A stretch of DNA of 64,000 nucleotides from a virus (IMGVR_UViG_3300035521_000566); one strand, 5' to 3'. Counted from the first letter of the stretch, positions 28,497-38,451 are shown. The notes: generated by a model not told the origin, from the letters alone. Made by a program: numbers and translations.

Positions 28497-29894
28497 ATGT
28501 TAAACTTATCAAAATTATTGGGCAAGAAATCTAACACAAAAGTTGCCCTGTCGAAAGACGAAATTGCTGAGCTTTTGAAAGTCAGTCCAGAAGCTCTGGC
28601 TGCATTCGAAAGTTCTTATCAGACTTATGCATTGTCTGATGACGCTTACAATGCTGAAAATGCCATCAAACAACACACTGACAGCGTAAAATATACAAGA
28701 AAACTGACTGATATATTTAATCGAATTGAAAATGAGTTAGTTGCTAAGACTCCAATATGGATATTTGACGGAAACAGTGTTAACACGAATATGGGTACTC
28801 TTGCTGATACAGATAATCCTGTTACATTAGACGAACTGCTTGAAATTCCAGCAGAAAATCGTCCGATGCTTACTGGTAATCTGATGAAATGTGACCTGGC
28901 TGGAAACGATACATCCGAAGTGCTCTTATATCAGTATCAAATGAGCAAGAGTGCCAAAACAGCAAAAGAACGAGAAATGTATTACCATATGTTTCGTCAG
29001 GGACTTGACATATTAGACCTTGACGCACTGACTTATGCTATGCTCGGCACCAATCCAAATGCTATGGGATACTGGCTGCCTAATATCATAGATGCTGTCT
29101 TGACACAAAACTTCTTTAAGATACCGCCTACTAAAATAATCAAAGTGCCAATTACAATGCTGCAGTTAACCCGATTAGAGTATCTTACACTGAATCGTGT
29201 GACACTTGACATTGTGAACACTTACTGCAGACGTGTCTTCAATCTTGACCTGTCAAAAGACTATTTTATAAAAACAGGCACATTTTCATCCAAGTTTGAT
29301 TTCAGGAATGCTCATATCACCAGTCCAAAAGAAGTCAGTGAACTGGGTGAGTATTTAGTATTTATCCAAAATCAGGCTTGCCAGATGGCTGGAGCACTTA
29401 ATAAAGTATGCACGTACGGTGTATCTACTACAAATGAATGGGTTGTTCGTGATTTTATTAAAGATGTTGAAAACAATCGAGAAATTTACCACGGTCTTCC
29501 ACTTCACACTGAGTACCGTGTTTTCGTAGACTTTGATTCTAACGAAGTATTAGGAATCAGCCCCTACTGGGAGCCAAACACAATGAGAAAGCGTTTTGGT
29601 CATGCAGAGGACTCAAACGAGCCAGATATGGTTCATGATTATATCAGTTTCAAAAGTATGGAAGACACTATGATGCAGCGTTATGATAGAAATAAAAATA
29701 TGATTGTTGCCAAGATTAACGAAATTCTGCCTAATGTTGCACTCACTGGTCAGTGGTCAATTGACATCATGCAAAACGGCAACGATTTCTGGTTAATTGA
29801 CATGGCTCTTGCTGCAAATTCAGCCTTAAGAGAATGTGTTCCTGCAGGAAAGTTAAAACAGCCTGAAGAAAACTGGCTGCCTAAAATTGATTAA
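28497..29894 (+). CDS. ATP-grasp-fold enzyme candidate
   Basis: EYRVFVDFDSNEVLGISPYW and NGNDFWLIDMALAAN resemble ATP-grasp C-terminal motifs (E-x-R-V-F...; D-F/L-x-L-I/V-E-x-N); by-eye only. Confidence 0.45.
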   Translation: MLNLSKLLGKKSNTKVALSKDEIAELLKVSPEALAAFESSYQTYALSDDAYNAENAIKQHTDSVKYTRKLTDIFNRIENELVAKTPIWIFDGNSVNTNMGTLADTDNPVTLDELLEIPAENRPMLTGNLMKCDLAGNDTSEVLLYQYQMSKSAKTAKEREMYYHMFRQGLDILDLDALTYAMLGTNPNAMGYWLPNIIDAVLTQNFFKIPPTKIIKVPITMLQLTRLEYLTLNRVTLDIVNTYCRRVFNLDLSKDYFIKTGTFSSKFDFRNAHITSPKEVSELGEYLVFIQNQACQMAGALNKVCTYGVSTTNEWVVRDFIKDVENNREIYHGLPLHTEYRVFVDFDSNEVLGISPYWEPNTMRKRFGHAEDSNEPDMVHDYISFKSMEDTMMQRYDRNKNMIVAKINEILPNVALTGQWSIDIMQNGNDFWLIDMALAANSALRECVPAGKLKQPEENWLPKID

Positions 29895-30181
29895 AAATTT
29901 AATAACCCATCTCTAATCATTTGATTGGAGGCGGGTTATTTTTTTTATGTTGCTAACGCATTAGTTAATATGACAATACAACTCTCTGATTTTATTAGGC
30001 TTTGTAATAAAACCTGTAGCTTCATCACCTACAATTTCTCCGAATTCGGATTTAATAAAAGCTATCAGTTTTTCACACGCTGTCCTACCACACGCCTTAA
30101 TTTTACCTTCTTCATCAAAAACTGCATCATAAAGTTCGTTAAATTCTTCTAACATATCATAATCCCCCTTTTAGTATTTAA

Positions 30182-30979
30182 TTACTGCAAAACTACAAAG
30201 GTCTGTGACCTGTCTACTGAATAACCTAAATCTTCGCACCTGTCATCAATTGAATTAGCCCAATATGTATAAAAGTCGTTAATAAAATCATTTACACATG
30301 CATCTACTTCAGAGGTACTTTCAAAGTCTTTAAAGCTTAACATAAGCGTAAACTGGTTTTCCTGAAAATCTACACCACCGCTTACAACGATTCTATTATC
30401 ATATTCAGCAAACCAGTTTGTTATATTATCCGAGACTATTGTCTTGCAAATAAAATCTAAATCCTCGTTTAGCTTATATTCGTTTCCTGATTCACAATAA
30501 AAATCATATGGAACAACCATTGTTACGTATCTTATGCAAGAACCGTTTCTTTGCATATTTAACGCATCCTCTTCATCAAAGTTACTGACATCTATATTTA
30601 AGTCAGACTCCGATGTAATCGGTGTCTCGCTTGAAACCATATCTTCTGAAGTGTATGCTTCTGCCATGTATTCTTCGTACTCTTCAAAGTCCTCTGTGTC
30701 ATCATAATCTGATTTTACTTCTGATGCCACTGACTCTGTATCATTTATATGATTATTAAGTGTTTCATGACTTAAAAAATACGTTAAACATACAGAAAAT
30801 ATTATGATGACAATCAAGCCCAGAGTCCCTTTTATAATCGGACTACGAGCTTCACTCTGTCTGTCTGATAGCTCTTCGTTTTTTATATTCACTTGAATGC
30901 TTGACTTGCTTTCTATATAGCCACAGGATTCGCACACTCTGCCATTCATTAAATTTCCGCATACAGGACATTTTGCCAT
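30182..30979 (-). CDS. membrane protein with N-terminal zinc ribbon (CPVCG...CESCG) and acidic C-terminal domain
   Basis: ORF; class A promoter 31005-31034 and SD AAGAGAGGAAGC upstream. Confidence 0.5.
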   Translation of the reverse strand: MAKCPVCGNLMNGRVCESCGYIESKSSIQVNIKNEELSDRQSEARSPIIKGTLGLIVIIIFSVCLTYFLSHETLNNHINDTESVASEVKSDYDDTEDFEEYEEYMAEAYTSEDMVSSETPITSESDLNIDVSNFDEEDALNMQRNGSCIRYVTMVVPYDFYCESGNEYKLNEDLDFICKTIVSDNITNWFAEYDNRIVVSGGVDFQENQFTLMLSFKDFESTSEVDACVNDFINDFYTYWANSIDDRCEDLGYSVDRSQTFVVLQ

Positions 30980-31004
30980 ATTAGCTTCCTCTCTTTGTCA
31001 TTTA

Positions 31005-31034
31005 TTATTAGTTTATTATATATCCATATATGGA
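31005..31034 (-). promoter_or_regulatory. class A promoter: TTGACA-AAGCTCCATATATGGATA-TATAAT (18-nt spacer)
   Basis: Upstream of gene 30182..30979. Confidence 0.55.
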
Positions 31035-31092
31035 GCTTTGTCAATATTTGCATAGAAAAGCCTACGGCTCAAGTGAGCTGTAGGCTCTTTTT

Positions 31093-31476
31093 TTATTTAT
31101 AACTGCCTGTATCAATTCCGTTTGCATCACATTGTCTCTGATGACTGTTTTTAACATAACTTGAATCGCAATTAGACTGATGTTCAGTCTTTAACTGAAA
31201 CATCTCATTTACGAAACTGCTTGCCATACGCTCCTCACGCAATTGCTGAGCAAGCCAGTCGTTATGCCTGTCTTCTAATGCATTATCAATCTGTGCCTTT
31301 TTATCTTTCTTATATACGGCTGTTTTCCTTGCAGGTCTAACAGACTGAGTCTTTACAGTGGTGTGATTTGTTTGCTTTTTATTGTCTACTCGTGTGGCTG
31401 CCTTAATGATAGACACTATTACTTTAATCCATATGAGCATGAATATTACTGTAAATAATAGATTAAACGCAAGCAT
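31093..31476 (-). CDS. small membrane protein
   Basis: ORF; immediately downstream of the SPFH gene in the same operon. Confidence 0.4.
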   Translation of the reverse strand: MLAFNLLFTVIFMLIWIKVIVSIIKAATRVDNKKQTNHTTVKTQSVRPARKTAVYKKDKKAQIDNALEDRHNDWLAQQLREERMASSFVNEMFQLKTEHQSNCDSSYVKNSHQRQCDANGIDTGSYK

Positions 31477-31487
31477 GGCAAATCACC

Positions 31488-32492
31488 TTACCTCTCTAAC
31501 TTGGAACGATACTGAGACGCCTGCTGTCCGCCCTGAGATGGTGCATGTGATTCAGGTCTTGACTCTGAAGGTGGTACCTGCGAGCTCTGTGACCTCGGTC
31601 TTTGTGGCTGTGCAACTGACTTTGTTACTTCTGCAAACTGAGAAAAATTACTTACCATGTTTGCCATATCAGACGGAACAATAATCTTCGTAGCCTCACC
31701 TTTAGCCATCTCTTTTGCTGTCTCAAACTGCTCTAACTGTAAATACTGAGCTCCAGGAGCTGCATCGTTAATCAGTCTGATACCAGCTGCTCTCGCTTTC
31801 TGTACAGCAAGCAATGCTTCAGCTTGACCTTGAGCTTCACGAATCATACGCTCTTTTACTGCGTCGGCTTTTAAGATAGCAGCTTCTTTCTCACCTTCGG
31901 CAAGAGTAATTGCTGACTGCTTCTCACCTTCTGCAGTAAGAATCTTCTCACGCTTCTCACGTTCTGCTCTCATCTGCTTCTCCATCGCTTCACGAATAGA
32001 GTTTGGAGGCTGAATATTCTTAACCTCTACCCTGCTGACCTTAATACCCCACTTATCAGTGGCATTATCAAGAATCTGAGTAATCTGTCCGTTAATACTG
32101 TCTCTTGATGTCAGTGTCTCGTCAAGAGTCATTGAACCGATAATGTTACGGAGTGTCGTAGACGAAAGGTTCTCAATAGCTGCAATCGGTCTTTCTACAC
32201 CGTATGTAAATCTGTTTGCATCAAAGACTTCAAAGAATACAACGGAATCGACCTGCATTGTTACGTTATCCTTTGTAATAACTGGCTGCGGCTCAAAGTC
32301 TGCCACCTGCTCTTTCAGAGATACCTTTTTAGCAATTCTTGTTAAAACAGGTATTCTTAAATGTAACCCAGGGTCCCACGTTGCATAATACTTACCCAAC
32401 ATCTCCACAACCCATGCGTTTGCCTGCGGTACGATGCAAACACATCGCAGCAATACAATAATCAATACAACAACAATAATAATTATAGGCAT
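31488..32492 (-). CDS. SPFH / band-7 (stomatin/HflK/C-like) membrane protein
   Basis: N-terminal TM then conserved SPFH core (QANAWVVEMLGKYYATWDPGLHLRIPVL...VRTKDNVTMQVD...RDSINGQI...), coiled-coil EREKREKI region, Ser/Pro/Gln-rich tail; class B promoter upstream. Confidence 0.65.
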   Translation of the reverse strand: MPIIIIVVVLIIVLLRCVCIVPQANAWVVEMLGKYYATWDPGLHLRIPVLTRIAKKVSLKEQVADFEPQPVITKDNVTMQVDSVVFFEVFDANRFTYGVERPIAAIENLSSTTLRNIIGSMTLDETLTSRDSINGQITQILDNATDKWGIKVSRVEVKNIQPPNSIREAMEKQMRAEREKREKILTAEGEKQSAITLAEGEKEAAILKADAVKERMIREAQGQAEALLAVQKARAAGIRLINDAAPGAQYLQLEQFETAKEMAKGEATKIIVPSDMANMVSNFSQFAEVTKSVAQPQRPRSQSSQVPPSESRPESHAPSQGGQQASQYRSKLER

Positions 32493-32539
32493 ATACTTCT
32501 TCTCCTTTATTTAATATTTTGGAATATACCAATAACGAC

Positions 32540-32568
32540 ATTATATAACAAATCTACTCATTTATCAA
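32540..32568 (-). promoter_or_regulatory. class B promoter: TTGATA-AATGAGTAGATTTGTTA-TATAAT
   Basis: Upstream of the SPFH gene; conserved ATGAG at spacer start. Confidence 0.5.
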
Positions 32569-32576
32569 GTAATAAT

Positions 32577-32789
32577 TTAAGTGCTGAGTAATCTGTTCAG
32601 TTCATAAACCATTTCTAAGCAGTAATTTGTTATGTTACTTGATATAACCTCTGAACGAGATTTACTAGAGCTAGGTATTGCTTTAAATCTTTCTTGCTCG
32701 GTACACAAAGCCTTTTGTAAGAGCTTCATTCGTTTCTCAACTTCACAATGTTCCAATTGTGTCATTTTATACTCTATTACTTTTTGCAT
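32577..32789 (-). CDS. small hypothetical protein (70 aa)
   Basis: ORF with SD AAAGGAGTGAG; a further 56-aa ORF (~32810-32980, minus, SD AAGAGGTGA) lies just upstream. Confidence 0.35.
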   Translation of the reverse strand: MQKVIEYKMTQLEHCEVEKRMKLLQKALCTEQERFKAIPSSSKSRSEVISSNITNYCLEMVYELNRLLST

Positions 32790-33128
32790 AATTTTTAACT
32801 CACTCCTTTTAATTATCTGTCAGCTCACCTATCCTTCGCAAATACTGATTCTTCACAAATTCAGTCCAGCTTTCAAACATATGATATGCTTCTTCAAGAG
32901 TTTCGCAGTCATCCATCTGCTTTTGAATCACTATTGCAACATTTGCAGTCTCGTTAAACTCCTTTTGTCTTTCTTTCATAACATTCACCTCTTTTAGTTA
33001 AATCATGTATTTATTGTATCATAAATACCCTCATTTATCAAGGCTTTTGAATTTCTAAACAAAATAAAAAAAAGAGCTCGTCACAAATGCAACGAACTCT
33101 TAATAACACATTATTATATTGCTGTTAA

Positions 33129-34235
33129 CTATGGTGTCTCAACCTGATTTTCAGCCTGTATACTGTTATCAGCTTCAACACTTGGCTCATATACACGAGG
33201 AGCTGCAGCCTTATTGACTTTGCTCACAAGGTCTTTAATCTGCATATTGTCTTTTACCTTACCGTTCTTCGTAACACGATAAACATTGATGTCATTTCTG
33301 TTATCGTCGAACTTGACAGAATACTTGCCATCATCCTGCTTTTCGATTTTGCTGCTTGGTACATATATACATGCAGGCTTTACATCACCCCTATCAACAT
33401 TCAGACTGATACGTCTTTCACTCTTAGAGTCCTTTACTTTTGAAATACAGCTTTCAGGAATGTTGTCGATAGATGTGACAAGTGACTTCTCATAATCACT
33501 ACGGCACTGTTCCATACGACTTTTCAATGCATCTATAGAAAGGTCTTCTTTTACCTTGCTGCCATTCTTATCTACACGATAAATAGTAACTGGCTGGGAT
33601 TTTGACGCAAATGCTATGTAATGCTTATTATTTTCTTCTGATGTAACATCAGCAGGCATAATATAATCATTTGATACATACATCTGAGCAAATCGTTTAT
33701 CACTAAAATCCGTAGGAATAGATACTCGGCTGGTACCATCACCCATGTCTTTAATCTGCTTATTTGAAACAGACGCTCCTAAATAAGTCTCAATTGGCTT
33801 GCCGTCTTTTGTACAGTTACTGCACTTATCCGTAAAATAACAAGAACCGTCAAGATGACCTTCTGTAACAACACGATACTTCATAATTTCATCTGGAAAT
33901 TGTCCTGCAATCAGGTCGCTCGGTCTGTCATCCCTCAAGTAGTTCAAAGACCATGACACTTCATCTGGCTTTGATGAATAAAGAGGCATATACCGACCTC
34001 TCTTTAGCTCATCTGGCGTATATTCCTTGCCAGAAATATTTTTGTGTTTCTCAATGTCTTCCTGCTCCCATTTTGCAGTTAACTCAGAATTACATGCTTC
34101 ATAATCCAGCATATCATGATATGTCTGCATTTCACCTCTACGATTCACAAGGTCAACGTCTACAACGACGCCCCTATCTCTTAATCTCTGCATAATGTTT
34201 GGAGCACTTACAATGTGTGTTGTTATTACACTCAT
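33129..34235 (-). CDS. hypothetical protein with duplicated C-terminal ~40-aa motif (IYRVDKNGSKVKED / VYRVTKNGKVKDN)
   Basis: ORF; class A promoter 34268-34296; terminator-like hairpin 33065-33100 downstream. Confidence 0.5.
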   Translation of the reverse strand: MSVITTHIVSAPNIMQRLRDRGVVVDVDLVNRRGEMQTYHDMLDYEACNSELTAKWEQEDIEKHKNISGKEYTPDELKRGRYMPLYSSKPDEVSWSLNYLRDDRPSDLIAGQFPDEIMKYRVVTEGHLDGSCYFTDKCSNCTKDGKPIETYLGASVSNKQIKDMGDGTSRVSIPTDFSDKRFAQMYVSNDYIMPADVTSEENNKHYIAFASKSQPVTIYRVDKNGSKVKEDLSIDALKSRMEQCRSDYEKSLVTSIDNIPESCISKVKDSKSERRISLNVDRGDVKPACIYVPSSKIEKQDDGKYSVKFDDNRNDINVYRVTKNGKVKDNMQIKDLVSKVNKAAAPRVYEPSVEADNSIQAENQVETP

Positions 34236-34267
34236 AACAAAATCTCCTTTCTGATTTTAATAAACTT

Positions 34268-34321
34268 ATTATATATCCATATATGGAGATTGTCAATATG
34301 TAATCCATATATGGTATTTTT
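34268..34321 (-). promoter_or_regulatory. class A promoter: TTGACA-ATCTCCATATATGGATA-TATAAT plus an adjacent partial second copy (TAATCCATATATGGTAT at 34301-34317)
   Basis: Upstream of gene 33129..34235. Confidence 0.55.
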
Positions 34322-34340
34322 ATCATGTTCTCATGAATAC

Positions 34341-34391
34341 ACTCATAAATCAGAACAATTTGTTGATTAAATTTAAAGCAAGTGCTATAAT
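34341..34391 (+). promoter_or_regulatory. promoter TTGATT-17-TATAAT (34363-34391) with upstream ACTCATAAATCA motif
   Basis: Upstream of the plus operon 34437..35456. Confidence 0.45.
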
Positions 34392-34436
34392 GTCATTGAG
34401 CTTTGTTTCTCAAATCTTATGAAGGGAGAATGAAAT

Positions 34437-34826
34437 ATGACAATAGCTGATATTCAGGAACAGTTGAAAAACTTATTGAACCCAAATACCTGGTCGCTGG
34501 ATAGTACAGAAGGTATCATCACACTTGTGCTCACTGTATTTTTAATTTATGCAATTAAAGAGAAAGCCAGCAAATTTATTATGTGGTGTATCGGTGGTTT
34601 GCTCTTAATACAAATCTTTTACTTATTATCCTTAACTAATCTCAACAACTACATACCATTCGGAACCATTTTCAAGTATGATATGTTTGCTTCTCTTGCA
34701 CAGTTATGTGTAGGGACAAAATTAAGTGACGGTCTTTTATGGTGCGACGCATGGCTAAGACACATACTTGAGTTAGTAGGTACATATGTCACCGATGTGT
34801 TAGACAAAATGAGTATTCTACACTAA
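34437..34826 (+). CDS. membrane protein (3 TM)
   Basis: ORF; SD AAGGGAGAATG; plus promoter TTGATT-17-TATAAT at 34363-34391. Confidence 0.45.
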   Translation: MTIADIQEQLKNLLNPNTWSLDSTEGIITLVLTVFLIYAIKEKASKFIMWCIGGLLLIQIFYLLSLTNLNNYIPFGTIFKYDMFASLAQLCVGTKLSDGLLWCDAWLRHILELVGTYVTDVLDKMSILH

Positions 34827-34838
34827 GAGGTGATATAA

Positions 34839-35456
34839 ATGATAAAAAGGTTATTAGAACTACTAGATACAATACCCTTAGAGGCTCCTTATAAATCTAT
34901 TGCTGTATGCGGTATTCTTACTATTATTATTACAATGTCTGTAATAATAATAGGACTTGTAATAGACAAGCTTGAAGAACTTCAGCTTAAGTTATTAGCC
35001 AAGGCTTTTAACCATAGAATTGCGTATCTAATCGTAAACCGATTCACATTTATCGGCACAATTATTCACGAATATGCACACGCCTTCTTTGCAATGCTTG
35101 CTGGAGCCAAAGTCTCGGAAATTAAATGCTTTGACTTAGGCAACAACGACCAGCTTGGACACTGCTCTTTTTACACCAGGGGTACAAAAATTCAACAGAT
35201 GACACAGCTATCGCTAAGTGCCTGTGCACCTGTTATCATAGGTCTCTTATTTGAATTTGTTTTAATCAAATTTGTACTACCACTTCAAATGGCAACAGGT
35301 ATGCGAGTCTTTGTATGGTATTGTATTATTTCAATTGCTGACCATATGTCAATGTCCAGCACAGATATTAAAAATTACTGTAAAGGACTTTTAATGCTGG
35401 GACCTATGCTGTTTGCAATCATATGGATTTCAAGACTATTATTAACGAAATCATAA
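34839..35456 (+). CDS. polytopic membrane protein with HExxH motif (HEYAHAFFAM) - putative intramembrane zinc metallopeptidase
   Basis: ORF; HEYAH within a hydrophobic segment; terminator 35464-35508 downstream. Confidence 0.45.
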   Translation: MIKRLLELLDTIPLEAPYKSIAVCGILTIIITMSVIIIGLVIDKLEELQLKLLAKAFNHRIAYLIVNRFTFIGTIIHEYAHAFFAMLAGAKVSEIKCFDLGNNDQLGHCSFYTRGTKIQQMTQLSLSACAPVIIGLLFEFVLIKFVLPLQMATGMRVFVWYCIISIADHMSMSSTDIKNYCKGLLMLGPMLFAIIWISRLLLTKS

Positions 35457-35463
35457 AAAAAAT

Positions 35464-35508
35464 AACTACCTTCTCTCTCTTCAGAGATTAGGTAGTTATT
35501 TTTTTTAT
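35464..35508 (+). terminator. terminator AACTACCT...AGGTAGTT + T8
   Basis: After gene 34839..35456, between convergent genes. Confidence 0.5.
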
Positions 35509-35519
35509 GCAAAATCTTA

Positions 35520-36299
35520 TCAAGCTTGTATATTATTGCTTCTTACATTAAAGCCTCTTTCTTCACAACGAAGAAGCGACTTATTATAATACTCTTCACA
35601 CAATTCGCAACCTATAAAATTACGATTTGTATTATATGCAGCCACTGCCGTGGTTCCAGAACCAGAAAAACAATCGCATACAAGGTCGCCTTCGTTAGAA
35701 TGCTTCACTATCAAATCTTCAATGAGAGCCAAAGGCTTTTGTGTGGGATGGAACCGTCCTTTATCATGGCAGATAGGATAACTATAAATACCGTTATCAT
35801 ATTCTGAATGAAATGTAGGCTTTCCACCTTTGACACCTGCAAGTGCAATTTCTCTTGAATTAGTAAGATAATTCGTTTTGCTATTAAGCGGTACTGGATT
35901 CGTCTTAATCCATTCTATGTATCTAATCTGTTTAAACTTAGCATCATCAAAATACTTCTTAAGAGTCGTAATCTTCCAGAGGTCATAAAAACAAATTATG
36001 GTTCCACCTTTTTTCAGCACTCTATAACATTCTTTGATTACATCTGCTAAACCATTGAAATCATAGTCCCAGTCCCCAAAACTCATAGACACTCTGAATC
36101 TGTCTGTATCTTTACCAGTTTCTTCGCCTGAAGAGAAATTAGTATCTCTGGAGACCTCGTACGGCGGGTCAATCAAAATCAACGAAACTGAATTGCTCTT
36201 TAATTTCTTTAAGAAATCAAAGCAGCTCTCATTTGAAAGACTAATAAACAAATTAGCCTTAATGTCCTGCTTAACTTCGTTTTGCCTGCTTTTAGCCAT
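35520..36299 (-). CDS. DNA methyltransferase, beta-class amino-MTase (N6-adenine or N4-cytosine)
   Basis: Motif IV LILIDPPYE near N-terminus, motif I DLVCDCFSGSGTTAVAA near C-terminus (beta permutation). Confidence 0.65.
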   Translation of the reverse strand: MAKSRQNEVKQDIKANLFISLSNESCFDFLKKLKSNSVSLILIDPPYEVSRDTNFSSGEETGKDTDRFRVSMSFGDWDYDFNGLADVIKECYRVLKKGGTIICFYDLWKITTLKKYFDDAKFKQIRYIEWIKTNPVPLNSKTNYLTNSREIALAGVKGGKPTFHSEYDNGIYSYPICHDKGRFHPTQKPLALIEDLIVKHSNEGDLVCDCFSGSGTTAVAAYNTNRNFIGCELCEEYYNKSLLRCEERGFNVRSNNIQA

Positions 36300-36314
36300 T
36301 ATTAAATCACTCCT

Positions 36315-37298
36315 TTATTTTTTCTTGCGAATAAGTAATCGTCTATACAACTTCTTTCCGTTAATTATATTTATATCATCTGAAAAGGACTGACCGTCGT
36401 GAAATCTACTATCTCCTAAAATTTCAAACTGGTCTGGATTGTATTTATCAAGAAATGTAATTGGCACGCCCATTATTCCATCATAGTCATATGGGATGTC
36501 ACTTGTTTTGTTCACATTGATAGCGTCATAATTATCATACTTCGGGTACTCCTCAGGTGTATAAGACTTGTACAAAATTAAGTCATTATGACGCTCAGCA
36601 TAATCTAAGTTAGTAAACCAACGTACGCCTTTTACTCGAATCCACTTTCTACCGTTGCCATCAATGCCACAGCCTGCTGCCTTTAATGGATAATCATCTG
36701 GCACATAAAACTTTCTGTCTCCGCTATGAATAGATGCACCGAACCAGAGGTCGTTATCACGAATTAACGGCAGAATTTCTTTACAAGTGATTGCATTCAC
36801 ATTTCCGATAATAATAAATTTTTTATTATGTGCCATCAAAAGAGCTATATATTCTCTGAAAAGTGAGAATGGTGGATTCGTCACTACAATGTCTGACTCG
36901 TCCAAAATCTTGATACACTCTTTGCTTCTGAAATCTCCATTTCCAATCAAGTCTGTTTTAACACCAGCCTGAATATCATTATCATTTCCGCCCGTATATT
37001 CTAACTTATATGTATTTCCATCCTGAACATAATGAGTTGAAACAAGCTTCTTTAAGCCTAATTCACTAAAATACAAATGAAAATACTCCCAAAATGCTGA
37101 CCAGGCAGGATTATCACAGTTGCATAAAACAGTCTTACCAATAAGGTGATTTTTATAATGCTTTAATTCATTTGCCACATCTGAAAGATGAGTATAGAAT
37201 TCATCTTTCTTCGCATCTTTTGCTTTATTCAAATTTTTATTTTTACTCATATTTAATACCATATCCAACGCATTTTGATTTATGTTTCTACACTTCAA
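36315..37298 (-). CDS. DNA adenine methyltransferase candidate (NPPF motif)
   Basis: VVTNPPFSLFREYIALL catalytic motif; no cognate restriction endonuclease adjacent (orphan). Confidence 0.55.
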   Translation of the reverse strand: MKCRNINQNALDMVLNMSKNKNLNKAKDAKKDEFYTHLSDVANELKHYKNHLIGKTVLCNCDNPAWSAFWEYFHLYFSELGLKKLVSTHYVQDGNTYKLEYTGGNDNDIQAGVKTDLIGNGDFRSKECIKILDESDIVVTNPPFSLFREYIALLMAHNKKFIIIGNVNAITCKEILPLIRDNDLWFGASIHSGDRKFYVPDDYPLKAAGCGIDGNGRKWIRVKGVRWFTNLDYAERHNDLILYKSYTPEEYPKYDNYDAINVNKTSDIPYDYDGIMGVPITFLDKYNPDQFEILGDSRFHDGQSFSDDINIINGKKLYRRLLIRKKK

Positions 37299-37522
37299 TA
37301 TCCATTATTTTACTATATACACTACTATTTTTCAACAATAATATCTATTTTCTTACTCTTTTATGAGCATTTTTATCTCATATACATAATACTACACATA
37401 TAAATCTTGGTTACAAAGTCATGCTTTGATTGACCCGAATATGTACAAAATTCATTTTATGAATTAAAATCATATTCAGTATAAGGTAGTGTTGAAGATG
37501 CTATTGCAATAGGAGGTGCATT

Positions 37523-37945
37523 ATGATTAAGCTTAGAAATTTGAAGAAGGTAAATTCTCAGGAGTTTGATGAAATATGGGTTATTTGTCGCTCAGTAAAG
37601 TTATGCAATAATTTTATTCAGAACAATGATAATGTATATCATGTCCCTGAATTAAGCCCAGAAAACAGTCTATTTTACTGGTATTTGAACCAGAAAAAAG
37701 CAGGAAACTGGAATCCAGAAAGTTTTCAGGCTGGCTATGTTCCTGCATTTATCAAGAGTCTTAATAATCCTCAGGCTCAGGCTCGTTTACAGGAATTGTT
37801 ATTCAAAAGTAGAAATAAGGATATTGCTCTTGTCTGCTTTTGTCCTGATGAAACGATGTGTCATCGTAGCATTGTAGGCGGTATTTTGTTGAACATGGGT
37901 GCTGATATTGAATGTAATAGTGATTATGCAAAGTATGATATATAG
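37523..37945 (+). CDS. DUF488-like protein
   Basis: ALVCFCPDETMCHRSIVGGILL resembles the DUF488 (YeaO/MTH938-like) signature ..C.C.p..CHR.lla..L. Confidence 0.4.
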   Translation: MIKLRNLKKVNSQEFDEIWVICRSVKLCNNFIQNNDNVYHVPELSPENSLFYWYLNQKKAGNWNPESFQAGYVPAFIKSLNNPQAQARLQELLFKSRNKDIALVCFCPDETMCHRSIVGGILLNMGADIECNSDYAKYDI

Positions 37946-37947
37946 AA

Positions 37948-37976
37948 TTGACAATCTCCATATATGGTGATATACT
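37948..37976 (+). promoter_or_regulatory. class A promoter in plus orientation: TTGACA-ATCTCCATATATGGTGA-TATACT
   Basis: Upstream of gene 38019..38378. Confidence 0.55.
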
Positions 37977-38018
37977 TTCAGCATAATGATAACGCAGTAG
38001 CGAAAGGAGAACTTATTT

Positions 38019-38378
38019 ATGAACAAGGTAACTGAAAAAGTAACAAAAGCTGCATCTCATCTCTATTCTGATGAGAAGATTGCTGAAAAAGCTGCAAACG
38101 GGACTCGCAAGGGCGAGTCCATGCAGGATATTTATGCTAAGATTATGTCTCAGTGTGAACGTGATGATGACGGTAATCTTAAGCTAAACGGTAAGACTGT
38201 AGGCTGGATAAAGGAGAACGGAATGGGCTGGATTGACGATAAGGCATACGATAACGCAATCAAGGACACTCCTCTTCCAACACGTATTCCTGAGCCACAT
38301 AACGATGGTCATATGCCAGCAGGTTTTGACGACATCAGATACAATGATGAAGGACCTGAATTTGACGACAGCTATTAA
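38019..38378 (+). CDS. hypothetical protein (119 aa)
   Basis: ORF; plus-oriented class A promoter 37948-37976; SD AAAGGAGAAC; terminator 38403-38437 downstream. Confidence 0.5.
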   Translation: MNKVTEKVTKAASHLYSDEKIAEKAANGTRKGESMQDIYAKIMSQCERDDDGNLKLNGKTVGWIKENGMGWIDDKAYDNAIKDTPLPTRIPEPHNDGHMPAGFDDIRYNDEGPEFDDSY

Positions 38379-38451
38379 AAGCTGCAAAATACATAACAAC
38401 GAATGCCTGTCAGAGTATTCTGGCAGGCATTATATTTTAAAAAGAGAGGTA

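Noticed and set aside
38233-38451. Upstream 73 codons of track ORF 38233..39414
   Set aside because: This stretch reads through the terminator hairpin of the upstream gene. The in-frame ATG at 38452 with a good SD is the plausible start.
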